Positions 26,374 through 35,815 of a stretch of 37,198 nucleotides of DNA are shown piece after piece. Made by a program: the position numbers and the translations under genes. Each line of letters opens with the position of its first letter. Positions within the stretch are counted from its first letter, which is position 1. The stretch covers positions 1 through 37,198 of IMG/VR virus record IMGVR_UViG_3300020045_003443. The stretch is one strand, 5' to 3'. The notes below the pieces were generated by a model. It saw only the letters and a program-made list of their open reading frames with translations. It ran no database searches and was not told the origin of the DNA. The DNA is from a virus. Its lineage: Duplodnaviria; Caudoviricetes.

Positions 26374-26826
26374 ATGGAACTTAAACTTAAAAGAACAGAA
26401 TTTACAGAAACATCTACAATAGGTGAATTATCTATTAATGGTGTATTTGAGTGCTATGTATTAGAAGATAAAGATAGAGGTTTAACTCAATCAATGAGTT
26501 TAGCAGAATCAGTAGCTACTAAAGTACATGGCAAAACGGCTATTCCTTATGGCACTTTTAAAATAGTGGTAACTAAATCAGAACGTTTTAGTAAAATGAA
26601 AGGTAAACCAGTTTATTTGCCATTGCTTTTAAACGTTCCTAATTATGCAGGAGTTCGCATACATACTGGAAACAAGCCAGAAGATACAGAAGGATGTTTA
26701 TTGCCGGCTCGTAAAAAGTCTAAAAACTTTGTAAGTGAAAGTACATTAGCTTTCAATCAATTAAATGATAAAATAAACCTAGCTATAAAAGCTGGTGAAG
26801 TAGTAACAATCGAAATTGTAAAATAA
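26374..26826 (+). CDS. DUF5675-type putative endolysin (L,D-transpeptidase-like)
   Basis: STIGEL; TAIPYG; VRIHTGNxxEDTEGCLL (His/Cys motif). Confidence 0.85.
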   Translation: MELKLKRTEFTETSTIGELSINGVFECYVLEDKDRGLTQSMSLAESVATKVHGKTAIPYGTFKIVVTKSERFSKMKGKPVYLPLLLNVPNYAGVRIHTGNKPEDTEGCLLPARKKSKNFVSESTLAFNQLNDKINLAIKAGEVVTIEIVK

Positions 26827-27104
26827 TGAAAAACTTTATAGCATGGCTTCAAGGCTCAGCAGATAATAAACCAGGCGGTGCATCTTCTAAAAAACTAAGT
26901 GCGTTTTGGACTTTGGTTGTATTGGTAACAATTCCAGTATTAGCTTGGACTTTGTGGGCCTATAATCATGACGATTGGAGTTTATTAATTAGCGTTCTTA
27001 CTATTCTATCATTAAGTATTGCAACTTATTTAGGTATCAATTCAAATGAGAAAATTAAAGGTAAAGCGGATATAACTGAAAACAAAGATGAACCAACAAA
27101 CTAA
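26826..27104 (+). CDS. Holin (two TM helices)
   Basis: SSKK followed by two TM helices and a charged C-terminal tail. Confidence 0.7.
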   Translation: MKNFIAWLQGSADNKPGGASSKKLSAFWTLVVLVTIPVLAWTLWAYNHDDWSLLISVLTILSLSIATYLGINSNEKIKGKADITENKDEPTN

Positions 27105-27723
27105 AGAAATATTTACACACATTTGGGATTCAATCAAATGGTATTTACTAACTGTTTTAGTGACGGTTGTAATATTTGCTAATTGTAAGGGGTGTAAACG
27201 TGATCCAAAACCAACTACTCCAATAGCTAAAGTTGACACTATCACGCCAAAAATTAATAAGAACAAAGCGGATATTATCGCTCTAGTTGATTCTGCTGAA
27301 ATCTACAAAGCACAATTGATAAAAGCCATTAACCGTAAAAACTACTACAAGCTAAAATACAAATCGGTTTATGATAGTGTTTATTCTGCTTCTGACAGCG
27401 TTTGCAGAGTTTACTTAGGATTAGTTCAAAGAGTAAAATTAAAGCAAGACAGCACACACGAAGCGGAAAATCAAGCTAATTCATTACTAATTGTAAATGC
27501 CTATAATCAAATAGGGGAGTATAAAGACAATGAAGCGCTTTATACTGAGAAAATTAAGCAGGATTCTACCGAGAAAAAACAGTTAAACAATCGCATAGTA
27601 CAGTTAATTGATACTTTGCCGAAAGTTAAACGTAAGGGATTTATAAAAGGTTTTTTATATGGCTTTGGTAGTGGAGCTTCTGCCAAACAAGGCGTTGATT
27701 TATTGAGTAAGATTAAGCCTTAA
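27088..27723 (+). CDS. Spanin-like protein
   Basis: Hydrophobic N-terminal segment ending FANC; coiled coil; C-terminal Gly-rich hydrophobic segment. Confidence 0.65.
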   Translation: MNQQTKEIFTHIWDSIKWYLLTVLVTVVIFANCKGCKRDPKPTTPIAKVDTITPKINKNKADIIALVDSAEIYKAQLIKAINRKNYYKLKYKSVYDSVYSASDSVCRVYLGLVQRVKLKQDSTHEAENQANSLLIVNAYNQIGEYKDNEALYTEKIKQDSTEKKQLNNRIVQLIDTLPKVKRKGFIKGFLYGFGSGASAKQGVDLLSKIKP

Positions 27724-28019
27724 CGGTAATTAAAGTTAGCGGATATTTTGCCGTCATCTATTTTATCAAAATTTATATCGCCTTTATAAAAGCTAATAAT
27801 TCTAATACCATCAATGCTGCCATCATTCCAATAGTAGTGAGTTGATTGGTCGGTTGCATCTTGAAAAATACCAATTCTCGGAAAACGTCTTTTTGCTTCA
27901 TCTTCTAAATTCAACTCATAACCTAAAATAACGGTTAATCTCTCTTTAATTAACTCGTTTTGTTTAGCTTGTATTTGCTTTACGTGTTGAGATATTACGT
28001 CTTGCATAATTGTTTCCAT
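27720..28019 (-). CDS. Hypothetical protein with its own -7 box (28023-28030)
   Basis: METIMQD...; TATATTTG 3 nt before the ATG. Confidence 0.65.
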   Translation of the reverse strand: METIMQDVISQHVKQIQAKQNELIKERLTVILGYELNLEDEAKRRFPRIGIFQDATDQSTHYYWNDGSIDGIRIISFYKGDINFDKIDDGKISANFNYR

Positions 28020-28031
28020 ATTCAAATATAG

Positions 28032-28436
28032 TTATTTATATTGATTTAATTTATTCAGCAAAATAACAATATCCTTTTTTTGATTGTCAATTTTCTGATT
28101 AGCCATGTTTAATTTATGGCGAAGTATTTTAACGTCTTGAGGCTCACTATGTACTTTGTGTTTGAATTTCTTTAATAAATCAATCTCAGCTTTTAAATCA
28201 ACATTCTTTTTAATCTGTTCAACTAACTGTTCTTTATAGGCAATGTTATCAATTTCTAAAGCCTCAATTTTATCGTTTAATTCCTTAATAACGTCACTAA
28301 TTAAAGGCTTTGAAGTGATATGCCACGAGCCACATTTACATAAATACGTTCTATTAAACTCATCTGGCTTTTTATATTTAAGTCTTATAAACTCAGCATT
28401 TTCTTTTGAGTTAAATTTTACTTTCTCGCAAGCCAT
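28032..28436 (-). CDS. Zn-binding (C..CxC..H) protein with a coiled coil
   Basis: CEKVKF...RTYLCKCGSWHITSK. Confidence 0.65.
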   Translation of the reverse strand: MACEKVKFNSKENAEFIRLKYKKPDEFNRTYLCKCGSWHITSKPLISDVIKELNDKIEALEIDNIAYKEQLVEQIKKNVDLKAEIDLLKKFKHKVHSEPQDVKILRHKLNMANQKIDNQKKDIVILLNKLNQYK

Positions 28437-28594
28437 TAGTCTGGTATAAATTCGCTAGTTCGATAACACTCTTTACCTTCTACTAACTCAGCATCGGTAC
28501 TCGTTACAATTACCGTACAATGTGGGTTATGGTTTTTGGCAAGGTATTCCATTAGTGGGCGTACTGCTTTTTCAAATTCTGTTAAGTTTTCCAT
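28436..28594 (-). CDS. 52-aa phage protein
   Basis: MENLTEFEKAVRPLMEYLAKNHNPHCTVIVTSTDAELVEGKECYRTSEFIPD; TAATG coupling. Confidence 0.7.
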   Translation of the reverse strand: MENLTEFEKAVRPLMEYLAKNHNPHCTVIVTSTDAELVEGKECYRTSEFIPD

Positions 28595-28596
28595 TT

Positions 28597-28680
28597 TTAA
28601 TATTTAAGTAAATAATCTATAATTTCAAGGTATAAGGTAAAATAAATCGGGGATAGGATTATGTGGGATAGTGTTAGCAT
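28597..28680 (-). CDS. 27-aa hydrophobic peptide
   Basis: MLTLSHIILSPIYFTLYLEIIDYLLKY fills the gap between neighbouring ORFs almost exactly. Confidence 0.35.
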   Translation of the reverse strand: MLTLSHIILSPIYFTLYLEIIDYLLKY

Positions 28681-28682
28681 AG

Positions 28683-29129
28683 TTATAATTTATTAGGTAT
28701 TTGATAATTAGATTTAAGCCAACTTGGTAAAGGTTCGCATCCTTCTTCTCTCCAATTCGGCACATCATTCATATACTCAATATAAATATCATCCCATGTT
28801 TTACTTTCACTCTCCACCTCCTTAAAATAAACCTTATATACTGGCTTAGGAGGATTAGACAAAAGCATAGTTTCGCATTTAACCGTTGTTATTGAGGTGG
28901 TGTCGATAACTTCATCCCAACGTAATTTTATAGATGATAATTGTTTTTTAATCTTATCCAACTCAACTTCGCTACACTTTAATTTTACTAGGGAGTTATG
29001 CCATAAACGTTTAGCATCATTCCAATCATTTCTACCAAATTCATTAGCAGGAAAATCAGCCATTAAAGGATAAGGTATATCACTCCCAACCACTTCATTA
29101 TTCATTAAATATCTATATTGTTTTCCCAT
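28683..29129 (-). CDS. Hypothetical protein
   Basis: ORF track. Confidence 0.6.
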   Translation of the reverse strand: MGKQYRYLMNNEVVGSDIPYPLMADFPANEFGRNDWNDAKRLWHNSLVKLKCSEVELDKIKKQLSSIKLRWDEVIDTTSITTVKCETMLLSNPPKPVYKVYFKEVESESKTWDDIYIEYMNDVPNWREEGCEPLPSWLKSNYQIPNKL

Positions 29130-29131
29130 TG

Positions 29132-29320
29132 TTATATGTTTTTATTTACATAGTTAATAATGATAACAACTATTGCAGCTAAACCTCCAATAAAAGTTAT
29201 AAAAAATCTCGTTAATTCGTTCCAATCTTTTATATAAAAAGTAGCTTCATTAAAACTTCCTAATAAATAAATTATTAAAAAAGTTAATATTCCTAGCGCT
29301 ATTGTTTTTAAGTTTTCCAT
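29132..29320 (-). CDS. Two-TM membrane protein
   Basis: Two hydrophobic helices. Confidence 0.6.
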   Translation of the reverse strand: MENLKTIALGILTFLIIYLLGSFNEATFYIKDWNELTRFFITFIGGLAAIVVIIINYVNKNI

Positions 29321-29321
29321 A

Positions 29322-29648
29322 TCAGTTTGTTTTAGGGGTGGTTAAAAACGCTAATTGATTTTCGATAGCTTTATATAAATTTTCTTTAATTAATGGCATA
29401 GCAAGATTTATAATTCCCTTTAATGTACCATCATCAAAACGTGATTTAATATAATTAAACAAAGCCTCATCGTTTTGTATATGAGATTTATTAGCATCTT
29501 CAACTTGTTGCCATTTAGCTAACCTACTTTGGTTTTCTTTTAAGTTTTTTAATATAGTTTCTTTTTGATAAACCTCGTTTTTAAATTTCTTTTCAGCTTC
29601 ACTTAAAAGTTTTAAATATTCCTTAATTTTAATTTCACTCATTATCAA
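29322..29648 (-). CDS. Hypothetical coiled-coil protein
   Basis: ORF track. Confidence 0.55.
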   Translation of the reverse strand: MIMSEIKIKEYLKLLSEAEKKFKNEVYQKETILKNLKENQSRLAKWQQVEDANKSHIQNDEALFNYIKSRFDDGTLKGIINLAMPLIKENLYKAIENQLAFLTTPKTN

Positions 29649-29672
29649 TTGTTTTAGTTGGTGGGGGTTAGT

Positions 29673-29948
29673 TTAATGAAAATTTAATTTAATTACTAAT
29701 CTTTGTTTAAATGTTAGCTTTTTAGAGTCATCTTTTAACTCAACCCATTGTGACTTATACTCTAATATATAGATAATATAATTAGAAATTGAGCATAGCA
29801 TCCAAAATGGCAATACCATTGGAGATATTAGCAAAAAAGGAAGCACTCTTTTTTTCATCATGTAACCTTTTTTATCTTCACTATAAAATACTTTGTAAAA
29901 TATAGTTAGGTATATTATGTTTATTACTTTTTTTGTGTTTTTCATCAT
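29673..29948 (-). CDS. Hypothetical membrane protein
   Basis: One hydrophobic helix. Confidence 0.5.
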   Translation of the reverse strand: MMKNTKKVINIIYLTIFYKVFYSEDKKGYMMKKRVLPFLLISPMVLPFWMLCSISNYIIYILEYKSQWVELKDDSKKLTFKQRLVIKLNFH

Positions 29949-29957
29949 TTCTATTTT

Positions 29958-30683
29958 TTATCGTTTACTTGGGGGTGTTGGCAATAGCATCCAATGGGTT
30001 ACTTTTAACACTTTATCCATTAACGCAAATTCATTTGAATGTTTATAATATTGAGCCGTAACCACTTGAGTTCCATTAGTAATAATTACCCATTCTTCAT
30101 CATTAGGCAATATATCTTCAACACTAATCCACCCATTATTTTTTTTCGCAAGTTGCTCTAATAAAATATTGTTTTCATTATTAAGTATCTGAAAATCTTG
30201 TTTACTACTTTTAAGTTGAGTATCTAATAAATAGACATTTAACTCTTCGTTTTCAAGTTTGCGTTTAATGTTTATCAGTTTATCTTCACACTCCTTCTCC
30301 TTTACTGCTAGTTGCTCTGCTAATTCATTCTTATACTTAATCAAATTAAGCATTCCGTTTTCTGAGTTTTCTAATGCTTCGGTTTTTTCTGCTAGTTGCT
30401 CTTGTAACTGCTTAACATGAATTTCAAACCCTTCTGTTTTATGGCAATATTCATCTAATTGTTTAGTTAAATCCGATATCTCATGTGAACTTTCTATTTT
30501 TACATTAAATAAATTCTGTTCACTTTCTGCTAGTTGCTCTTGTAACTCTTTTGTTTTGTTTTCTAGCCATTCCGTATATTCTTTACTATAAATTTTACCA
30601 TCAGGATATAAGTCTGAATTTAACCAACTTATATATCCAGTTGCTTCAAATTGTTTCTGTAATTCTTTAATTTCTGTTTTCAT
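29958..30683 (-). CDS. Coiled-coil protein with a C-terminal DUF551-like domain
   Basis: WISVEDILP...VTHWMLLPTPP; LQEQLAE repeats. Confidence 0.75.
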   Translation of the reverse strand: MKTEIKELQKQFEATGYISWLNSDLYPDGKIYSKEYTEWLENKTKELQEQLAESEQNLFNVKIESSHEISDLTKQLDEYCHKTEGFEIHVKQLQEQLAEKTEALENSENGMLNLIKYKNELAEQLAVKEKECEDKLINIKRKLENEELNVYLLDTQLKSSKQDFQILNNENNILLEQLAKKNNGWISVEDILPNDEEWVIITNGTQVVTAQYYKHSNEFALMDKVLKVTHWMLLPTPPSKR

Positions 30684-30704
30684 CGTTATTGGTTTTAAAT
30701 TGGG

Positions 30705-31031
30705 TTAACTTGGTTTAATTTCGGGAGGCGCATCCCATCCACACATAAAGCCTGTATGTCGAGCTTCTTTATTTGTAAGGCAATACATATCCAAACCACA
30801 CTTAAAAACAGTATCAATTATCAAATAATTAGGCCTAGTATCACTACCGTAACCATAAGCTACTTTGATATTTATTTTACTATGTACGTCTAATTCGGGC
30901 CATATTTTATCAGTGTAGATACGACCACGTGATTTGTGATTGAATGGTTTAGGTATTGGTTCTATTTCGAATAGTGAGGTTTGCATTTTAAATTGGGTTA
31001 ATGAGGGGTTAGGCTGCCAGTAAATAGTCAA
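30705..31031 (-). CDS. Hypothetical protein (start probably MQTSLF)
   Basis: ORF track. Confidence 0.55.
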   Translation of the reverse strand: MTIYWQPNPSLTQFKMQTSLFEIEPIPKPFNHKSRGRIYTDKIWPELDVHSKINIKVAYGYGSDTRPNYLIIDTVFKCGLDMYCLTNKEARHTGFMCGWDAPPEIKPS

Positions 31032-31383
31032 TAGTTTTCAATTGCTTCTTAAGTTTTCCTAATCCAACTGTACTAGCATATAATGTTTTATATTTCTTCG
31101 GGTCAACATCTTTTGGAGCGTTATATTTTTCCCAATAAGAATAGCCAGAATTAGCATTTTTAATAGATTTATTTATTCTATCAAGTTCGCTTTTTAAATA
31201 ATCTTCACTTGGATTTGATTTTAAATACAACGCTAATCCGTTTAAAAATTCGATTCTTTTCATCAATTTACCTATTTTATTAGGAGTGAATTTACCTTTA
31301 TCTGAAAAATATTTCTTTGAATCATTAGTCAACTCTAGGTTTATTTGAGCTATTTCTTTTTCTACTTCTTTAATTGTTTTCAT
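31009..31383 (-). CDS. Hypothetical protein
   Basis: ORF track. Confidence 0.6.
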   Translation of the reverse strand: MKTIKEVEKEIAQINLELTNDSKKYFSDKGKFTPNKIGKLMKRIEFLNGLALYLKSNPSEDYLKSELDRINKSIKNANSGYSYWEKYNAPKDVDPKKYKTLYASTVGLGKLKKQLKTIDYLLAA

Positions 31384-31628
31384 TTTAATTTTTCTTCTAG
31401 TTGGGTTAATGAATATTTTTTAAGGGCTTCTCTAAATAATTCTAATTTTAAAACGTCTTCAAGCGTATCGGACGGTAATTCGTTTTCTTCATTTAAAAAC
31501 TCTTTACAAAAATTAGTTATCTGAATATTGTTTTTAATGTATCCTGCTCTATCTGTTATTTCTTCAAGCAAATCTTCTAAATCAAAATCTTCTAATTCGA
31601 TTTCTACTTCTACATTTTTTGTTGCCAT
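31380..31628 (-). CDS. Acidic hypothetical protein
   Basis: VEVEIELEDFDLEDLLEEI. Confidence 0.65.
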   Translation of the reverse strand: MATKNVEVEIELEDFDLEDLLEEITDRAGYIKNNIQITNFCKEFLNEENELPSDTLEDVLKLELFREALKKYSLTQLEEKLK

Positions 31629-31662
31629 AATCTTTTCTGTTATCTGTTAATAGTTAAAATGG

Positions 31663-32445
31663 TTATTGGGTTAAAATTTTCATTACTCGGTTGTATTGCT
31701 TTACCTTCAATTCCATATACTCACTACAAGTCAAGTTTTTACCGTACATGAAAATATATTTAGTATCACTATTCAAACCCCGTTTAATTGCTATTTTTTG
31801 AAACTGAGTTAAAAACCGTTGGATCAATTTTTCGTAGGCGCTTTTTTCTCTGGCTGGTTTTTCAACTTTTGGAGCCTCAACCGATTTTAATGCTTGCCTC
31901 ATTGCCTCAGCTACTTTTAATTGACCTTCTTTGTTTACTTCGCTAGGTGTTATTTTTTGGTTTAAGGCTTGTTTTTCGTTAAAATCTTTGATTCTCAAAT
32001 ACTCGTTTGTTTTGTCGGTTGAGTATTGGTATATCCACTCGAATATAATTTGCCCATCTATACGGTCATAAGCCTTGCCGTAATAACCTTTTTTTGCAAA
32101 CTCGAAGCAAACCTTGTAATCTTCAAAAGAGAGGTTTAAACAAGCGTTATCGTTTAAAATTAAATCTATTGTAGAATTTATTTGATGAGGCGTTAAATTT
32201 TTACCAACATTAAAGAAAACCGACACCTCAGAAATAGCTACAAATAACAAATCTTTTAAAGTTTGTGTTTGTTCAGTTTTTAAAAGAAGTCCTAAACAGC
32301 TAGTTTTGTATGCTATTGCTTGCTTGATTGTTCTCGCTGGACAAGTTTGCCAAGCGATTAAAGGCTTGACTAGCCAAATCGATGACTTCATTGCGTTTAT
32401 CATCAACTGATTTTCTGATAATTGTATTTGTTGGCGTTGTTCCAT
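31663..32445 (-). CDS. Replication accessory protein (DUF6633-like, lambda-P position)
   Basis: FFNVGKNLT...[15 protein letters not shown]; directly downstream of the initiator. Confidence 0.6.
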   Translation of the reverse strand: MEQRQQIQLSENQLMINAMKSSIWLVKPLIAWQTCPARTIKQAIAYKTSCLGLLLKTEQTQTLKDLLFVAISEVSVFFNVGKNLTPHQINSTIDLILNDNACLNLSFEDYKVCFEFAKKGYYGKAYDRIDGQIIFEWIYQYSTDKTNEYLRIKDFNEKQALNQKITPSEVNKEGQLKVAEAMRQALKSVEAPKVEKPAREKSAYEKLIQRFLTQFQKIAIKRGLNSDTKYIFMYGKNLTCSEYMELKVKQYNRVMKILTQ

Positions 32446-33079
32446 TTTTATTTTCTTTTTTTAGCCAAATATTAGCTGTTAAGTATAAATTTTTGTAGTT
32501 GGTATTTTTTTTGTAATTCTCAATCTTATCTAAGATTTCATCAATTTGAATTTTTGAATATTCAGTTTGTAGTTTTTCAAAATCTTCAAATGATAATTTT
32601 AAATGAGCAAATTCTCTATATTGTTTAATTGGTTCTTTGTTTAATGGTTTATTGTTTATTGTTAATTGTTTATCTATACTATCAATGCTTTCACTAGTGC
32701 TTTCAACTTGCTTTGTCGTGTGCTTTGTATCATGCTTTATAAATGCTTTGTCAAGTGCTTTCACTAGTGCCTTATCAAAATTTGATATAGCTATTATGTT
32801 GCTACTATACTGATTTTTTGATTTTTCGATTAAAACAATAGCACCCCAACTAACTAAATCATTTAAAGTATTTATGTAGGTATTATAAGAACGAATCCCA
32901 ATAGATTCTTTTGCCATTGTTGTAGGAAGCCCAAACTTTTTTTTCCATCCTAATCTATTGCAATGCTCTATTATAAAAAAATATAAAGCAGTATGATTTG
33001 GAGAAATTTTGTCTGGATTTTCAAAACACCAATCAAACCACTTTCGGCTTAATTCGTAACCATTTAATTCGTTTGCCAT
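32300..33079 (-). CDS. Replication initiator (lambda-O/DnaD-like wHTH)
   Basis: [15 protein letters not shown]...[12 protein letters not shown]; low-complexity linker containing iterons. Confidence 0.75.
   Translation of the reverse strand: MANELNGYELSRKWFDWCFENPDKISPNHTALYFFIIEHCNRLGWKKKFGLPTTMAKESIGIRSYNTYINTLNDLVSWGAIVLIEKSKNQYSSNIIAISNFDKALVKALDKAFIKHDTKHTTKQVESTSESIDSIDKQLTINNKPLNKEPIKQYREFAHLKLSFEDFEKLQTEYSKIQIDEILDKIENYKKNTNYKNLYLTANIWLKKENKNGTTPTNTIIRKSVDDKRNEVIDLASQAFNRLANLSSENNQASNSIQN
32621..32773. repeat. Replication origin: iteron array plus an AT-rich unwinding region
   Basis: TGCTTT at 32686, 32698, 32709, 32721, 32733, 32744, 32756 and TGCCTT at 32768; adjacent TTGTTTA-type AT-rich repeats. 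Confidence 0.75.
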
Positions 33080-33102
33080 TATTAAGGGTAATGTTTTAAG
33101 AA

Positions 33103-33125
33103 GGGCGTAACGGATTGCTACGCCC
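33103..33125 (-). terminator. Hairpin or terminator after the exonuclease
   Basis: GGGCGTAGC-AATCC-GTTACGCCC followed by TTCTT on the minus strand. Confidence 0.6.
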
Positions 33126-33132
33126 CATGTTG

Positions 33133-33708
33133 TTAAATTGTAATCTGCTTGTTTTTAATGAGCTGAAAGAAGCATTTAGCCATTGCCGTTACGTCATCGC
33201 TCGCATCATGCGCTCCAACAAAATCGCATCCAAACAAGTGATTGTGCAATTCTGTTAAAGAGGGCCATTTAAAACCATAAGGCCCTGGCAGCTTTAAAAT
33301 ATCCGTTGTAGATTGCATGGTACAAATTTTAATAGGCTTATTTTCGGCTTTTAATCCTATTCTGTACATTTCACTAGCCGTTACTGCTAAGTCAAAATTT
33401 AGATTATGAGCCAATAAATACTTACTATCCTCTATTTCATTCTTAAACTGCTCTAAAATTCCTTTTATTGGTCTACCTTCTTTTTCGCATCTTTCAGTAC
33501 TCATGTTATTTTTAATAAAAAATTCCTCTTTTGGAACTTCCCATCCATCTGGCTTAACTAGGCTTTGAAAACTTTTAATTAGTGTTCCATTTTCTTTGTA
33601 TAAATGCCATGCAAATTGTGTTATTCTGGGCCAGTTATCTAAATCCTTAATAGAACCATTATAGTTTTTAGGCTTGCCAGTTGTTTCTGTGTCAAAAAAT
33701 AAATACAT
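33133..33708 (-). CDS. DEDDh 3'-5' exonuclease (DnaQ-like)
   Basis: FFDTETTG; AHNLNFD; AHDASDD. Confidence 0.92.
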   Translation of the reverse strand: MYLFFDTETTGKPKNYNGSIKDLDNWPRITQFAWHLYKENGTLIKSFQSLVKPDGWEVPKEEFFIKNNMSTERCEKEGRPIKGILEQFKNEIEDSKYLLAHNLNFDLAVTASEMYRIGLKAENKPIKICTMQSTTDILKLPGPYGFKWPSLTELHNHLFGCDFVGAHDASDDVTAMAKCFFQLIKNKQITI

Positions 33709-33709
33709 A

Positions 33710-35815
33710 CTATTTAGTATAAAATGCTTGAAAACGTACAACTTCTGTATACTCTGGCGATTTAATTAAACCGTCACCAGCTCCAGCTAATGACTCAGCG
33801 CCAGACTCATCAATTACTACTTTAGAATCGACTTCTTTTGGTACTCGGAAACATACTTGAACTGGAAAGTTAACCTTTGCGTCACCGTTAATTACTTTTA
33901 CAGAAGCTCTTTGTGTAGCTGATAAGATTCTGAAACCACATGAACGACCTTTTTGTAATAAAACTCTTAGGTTTTCTTCTAAAGACTTTTTTTCGCCTAC
34001 TTTTTTAAGTTCCATTTTAGGAACTATTTGCGCTAAAATTCCAGAACCAACTTTTCTAGTTCCAGTTTGCACCATTTCTTTTACATCAAGTTCGTTACCT
34101 TTTTTAGAAGCAGAAACAGCATCCGCAAACTCATCGAATACAACTAATGTTTTTTCGATAATTCCCTCTTTAACCATTAAGTTCATTCGCTCAACTAGTT
34201 GCTCCATAGCTAGCTCTATATCTTCAATGTCATTATAAACCTTAATGTTTCCAGAATTGTACTTTGTAAATTCATACTTTGGATCTAAAATTATAATAGA
34301 TGAAACGCCAGCTAATTTTGCATATTCAATTGTTGATTTAATACTAACTGATTTTCCAGAACCAGTTGCACCGCAAATAAGCATGTGAGGTGTAGAATGG
34401 TTTTCTAAATCCCAAACAATAGTTCTACTAAAATTATCTACACCGATTGGAATTTTGAAACCTGACAAATATTTAGCGTCAAAAATTAAATCCTTATCTC
34501 TCTTTTTAAGCGCTTCAATTGAGATATACGATTTACCTTCGTAAACCATTAAATCTTTTGACATTCGCACACTAGAAACGTCTAATACATTTGATATGTC
34601 TAATTTATGCGAGTGTATAGATGCTATTTTTACCCCTGCCGATACTTCAAGTAAATACGTGTTACTCGAATAGCCATCAAATACATGAGCTACTTTTGCA
34701 ATAACTCCAAAGCTTCGTAAAACGTGCTCAATTTTTTCTTGTTGTGTCATATTTTTATTACTTAAATCGTATTGAATAAATTCAGAAGCATTTCTTTTGA
34801 ACTCTTTTATAATTGTTGGACTTGCTGAAATAATACTAGCATCTCTAATTTTCTTTAACCGTTTTGAAACCAGTTCTTTTTTAGATGGCAAAACATTAAA
34901 TTCCTCAACTTCTGCAATCATGGTTTTAGCCCAAAATTCGTACAGCTCAGCCTTATCTATAAAATTATCTGAGTCGTTTATCATGTACACATAATCGGGG
35001 TCAGAAATAGCGGTTAACATTTTCTTAAGCGGTTCGTATAATAAAGCTTCGTATAATTTTCGAGTATCATTTGTTATTGAAACTTTGAAACAATTTAATT
35101 GAGGTGACTTATCTTTGTTTGCTGAGTACTTATTTTCTACAAACCAAACCTCGTCAACCTTAACATTGTTAGCGGATTCAAAACAATTAACGTAGGTTAT
35201 TGCTTGTCTACCTATTGACAGTTTTAAATCCTGATCATTAGAAAAAGCGTTTTTTGATTTGTGGTCGATAATAACAATTTTATCATCTTTTGTTTTAATC
35301 ACTAAATCAATTTTCGCATGACACGGTAAAGGAATATCAACACCGTTAATGGTTAAAAACTCGTTTAAATAAACTTCAACAAATAGCACCTCTTTTAAAT
35401 TATCAGTGTATGTTGATATTTCAGATAAGAAGTTCTTTAATAGCTTAGAAGTTGTTTCGTTTGCTTTTGCGATACAATCAGTAACCGTTGGCGTAGTCTT
35501 TTGAATTTTCCAGAAGTTAGCATTTTGACTTTCTATATACTCAAAAGCAACCATTTCTAAAAATGTGAAATCTAATAAATCACCCTTCTTTAATGAGTCA
35601 AAATATAAGTCAAGTGCGTGGTGGTAAGCTGAACCAGCAACCGTTGTGGCTGCTGATTTTTGCTTAATACCATATACATAGGACATCTCAAAACTTTTCT
35701 CGTTTCTTGAGAACTCAGATATTTTAGAGAAACTCCAACTATCCATTAAGTAGTTAGAGAAAACTTTCTGCAATTCATCCTGAGATAAATTTTTGTATTT
35801 GTTTTCTATAATCAC
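33710..35815 (-). CDS. RecB-like PD-(D/E)XK nuclease fused to an FtsK/SpoIIIE motor
   Basis: N-terminal: SFSKI, GSAYH, KIDLV, IIDHKS, QAITY. C-terminal: PHMLICGATGSGKS, LDPK, VFDEFAD, GR...ATQR, GAESLAGAGD. Confidence 0.9.
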   Translation of the reverse strand: MIIENKYKNLSQDELQKVFSNYLMDSWSFSKISEFSRNEKSFEMSYVYGIKQKSAATTVAGSAYHHALDLYFDSLKKGDLLDFTFLEMVAFEYIESQNANFWKIQKTTPTVTDCIAKANETTSKLLKNFLSEISTYTDNLKEVLFVEVYLNEFLTINGVDIPLPCHAKIDLVIKTKDDKIVIIDHKSKNAFSNDQDLKLSIGRQAITYVNCFESANNVKVDEVWFVENKYSANKDKSPQLNCFKVSITNDTRKLYEALLYEPLKKMLTAISDPDYVYMINDSDNFIDKAELYEFWAKTMIAEVEEFNVLPSKKELVSKRLKKIRDASIISASPTIIKEFKRNASEFIQYDLSNKNMTQQEKIEHVLRSFGVIAKVAHVFDGYSSNTYLLEVSAGVKIASIHSHKLDISNVLDVSSVRMSKDLMVYEGKSYISIEALKKRDKDLIFDAKYLSGFKIPIGVDNFSRTIVWDLENHSTPHMLICGATGSGKSVSIKSTIEYAKLAGVSSIIILDPKYEFTKYNSGNIKVYNDIEDIELAMEQLVERMNLMVKEGIIEKTLVVFDEFADAVSASKKGNELDVKEMVQTGTRKVGSGILAQIVPKMELKKVGEKKSLEENLRVLLQKGRSCGFRILSATQRASVKVINGDAKVNFPVQVCFRVPKEVDSKVVIDESGAESLAGAGDGLIKSPEYTEVVRFQAFYTK

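Noticed and set aside
32686-32773. CRISPR-like mini-array
   Set aside because: The units are 11-12 bp, in-frame within the initiator gene, and have no spacers; they are iterons.
3416-34994. Shadow ORFs (3416, 3666, 4203, 7411, 10180, 11074, 11542, 14582, 16532, 17176, 18118, 19252, 19650, 24330, 27042, 28243, 34797)
   Set aside because: They overlap well-supported genes in another frame or strand and show no motifs.
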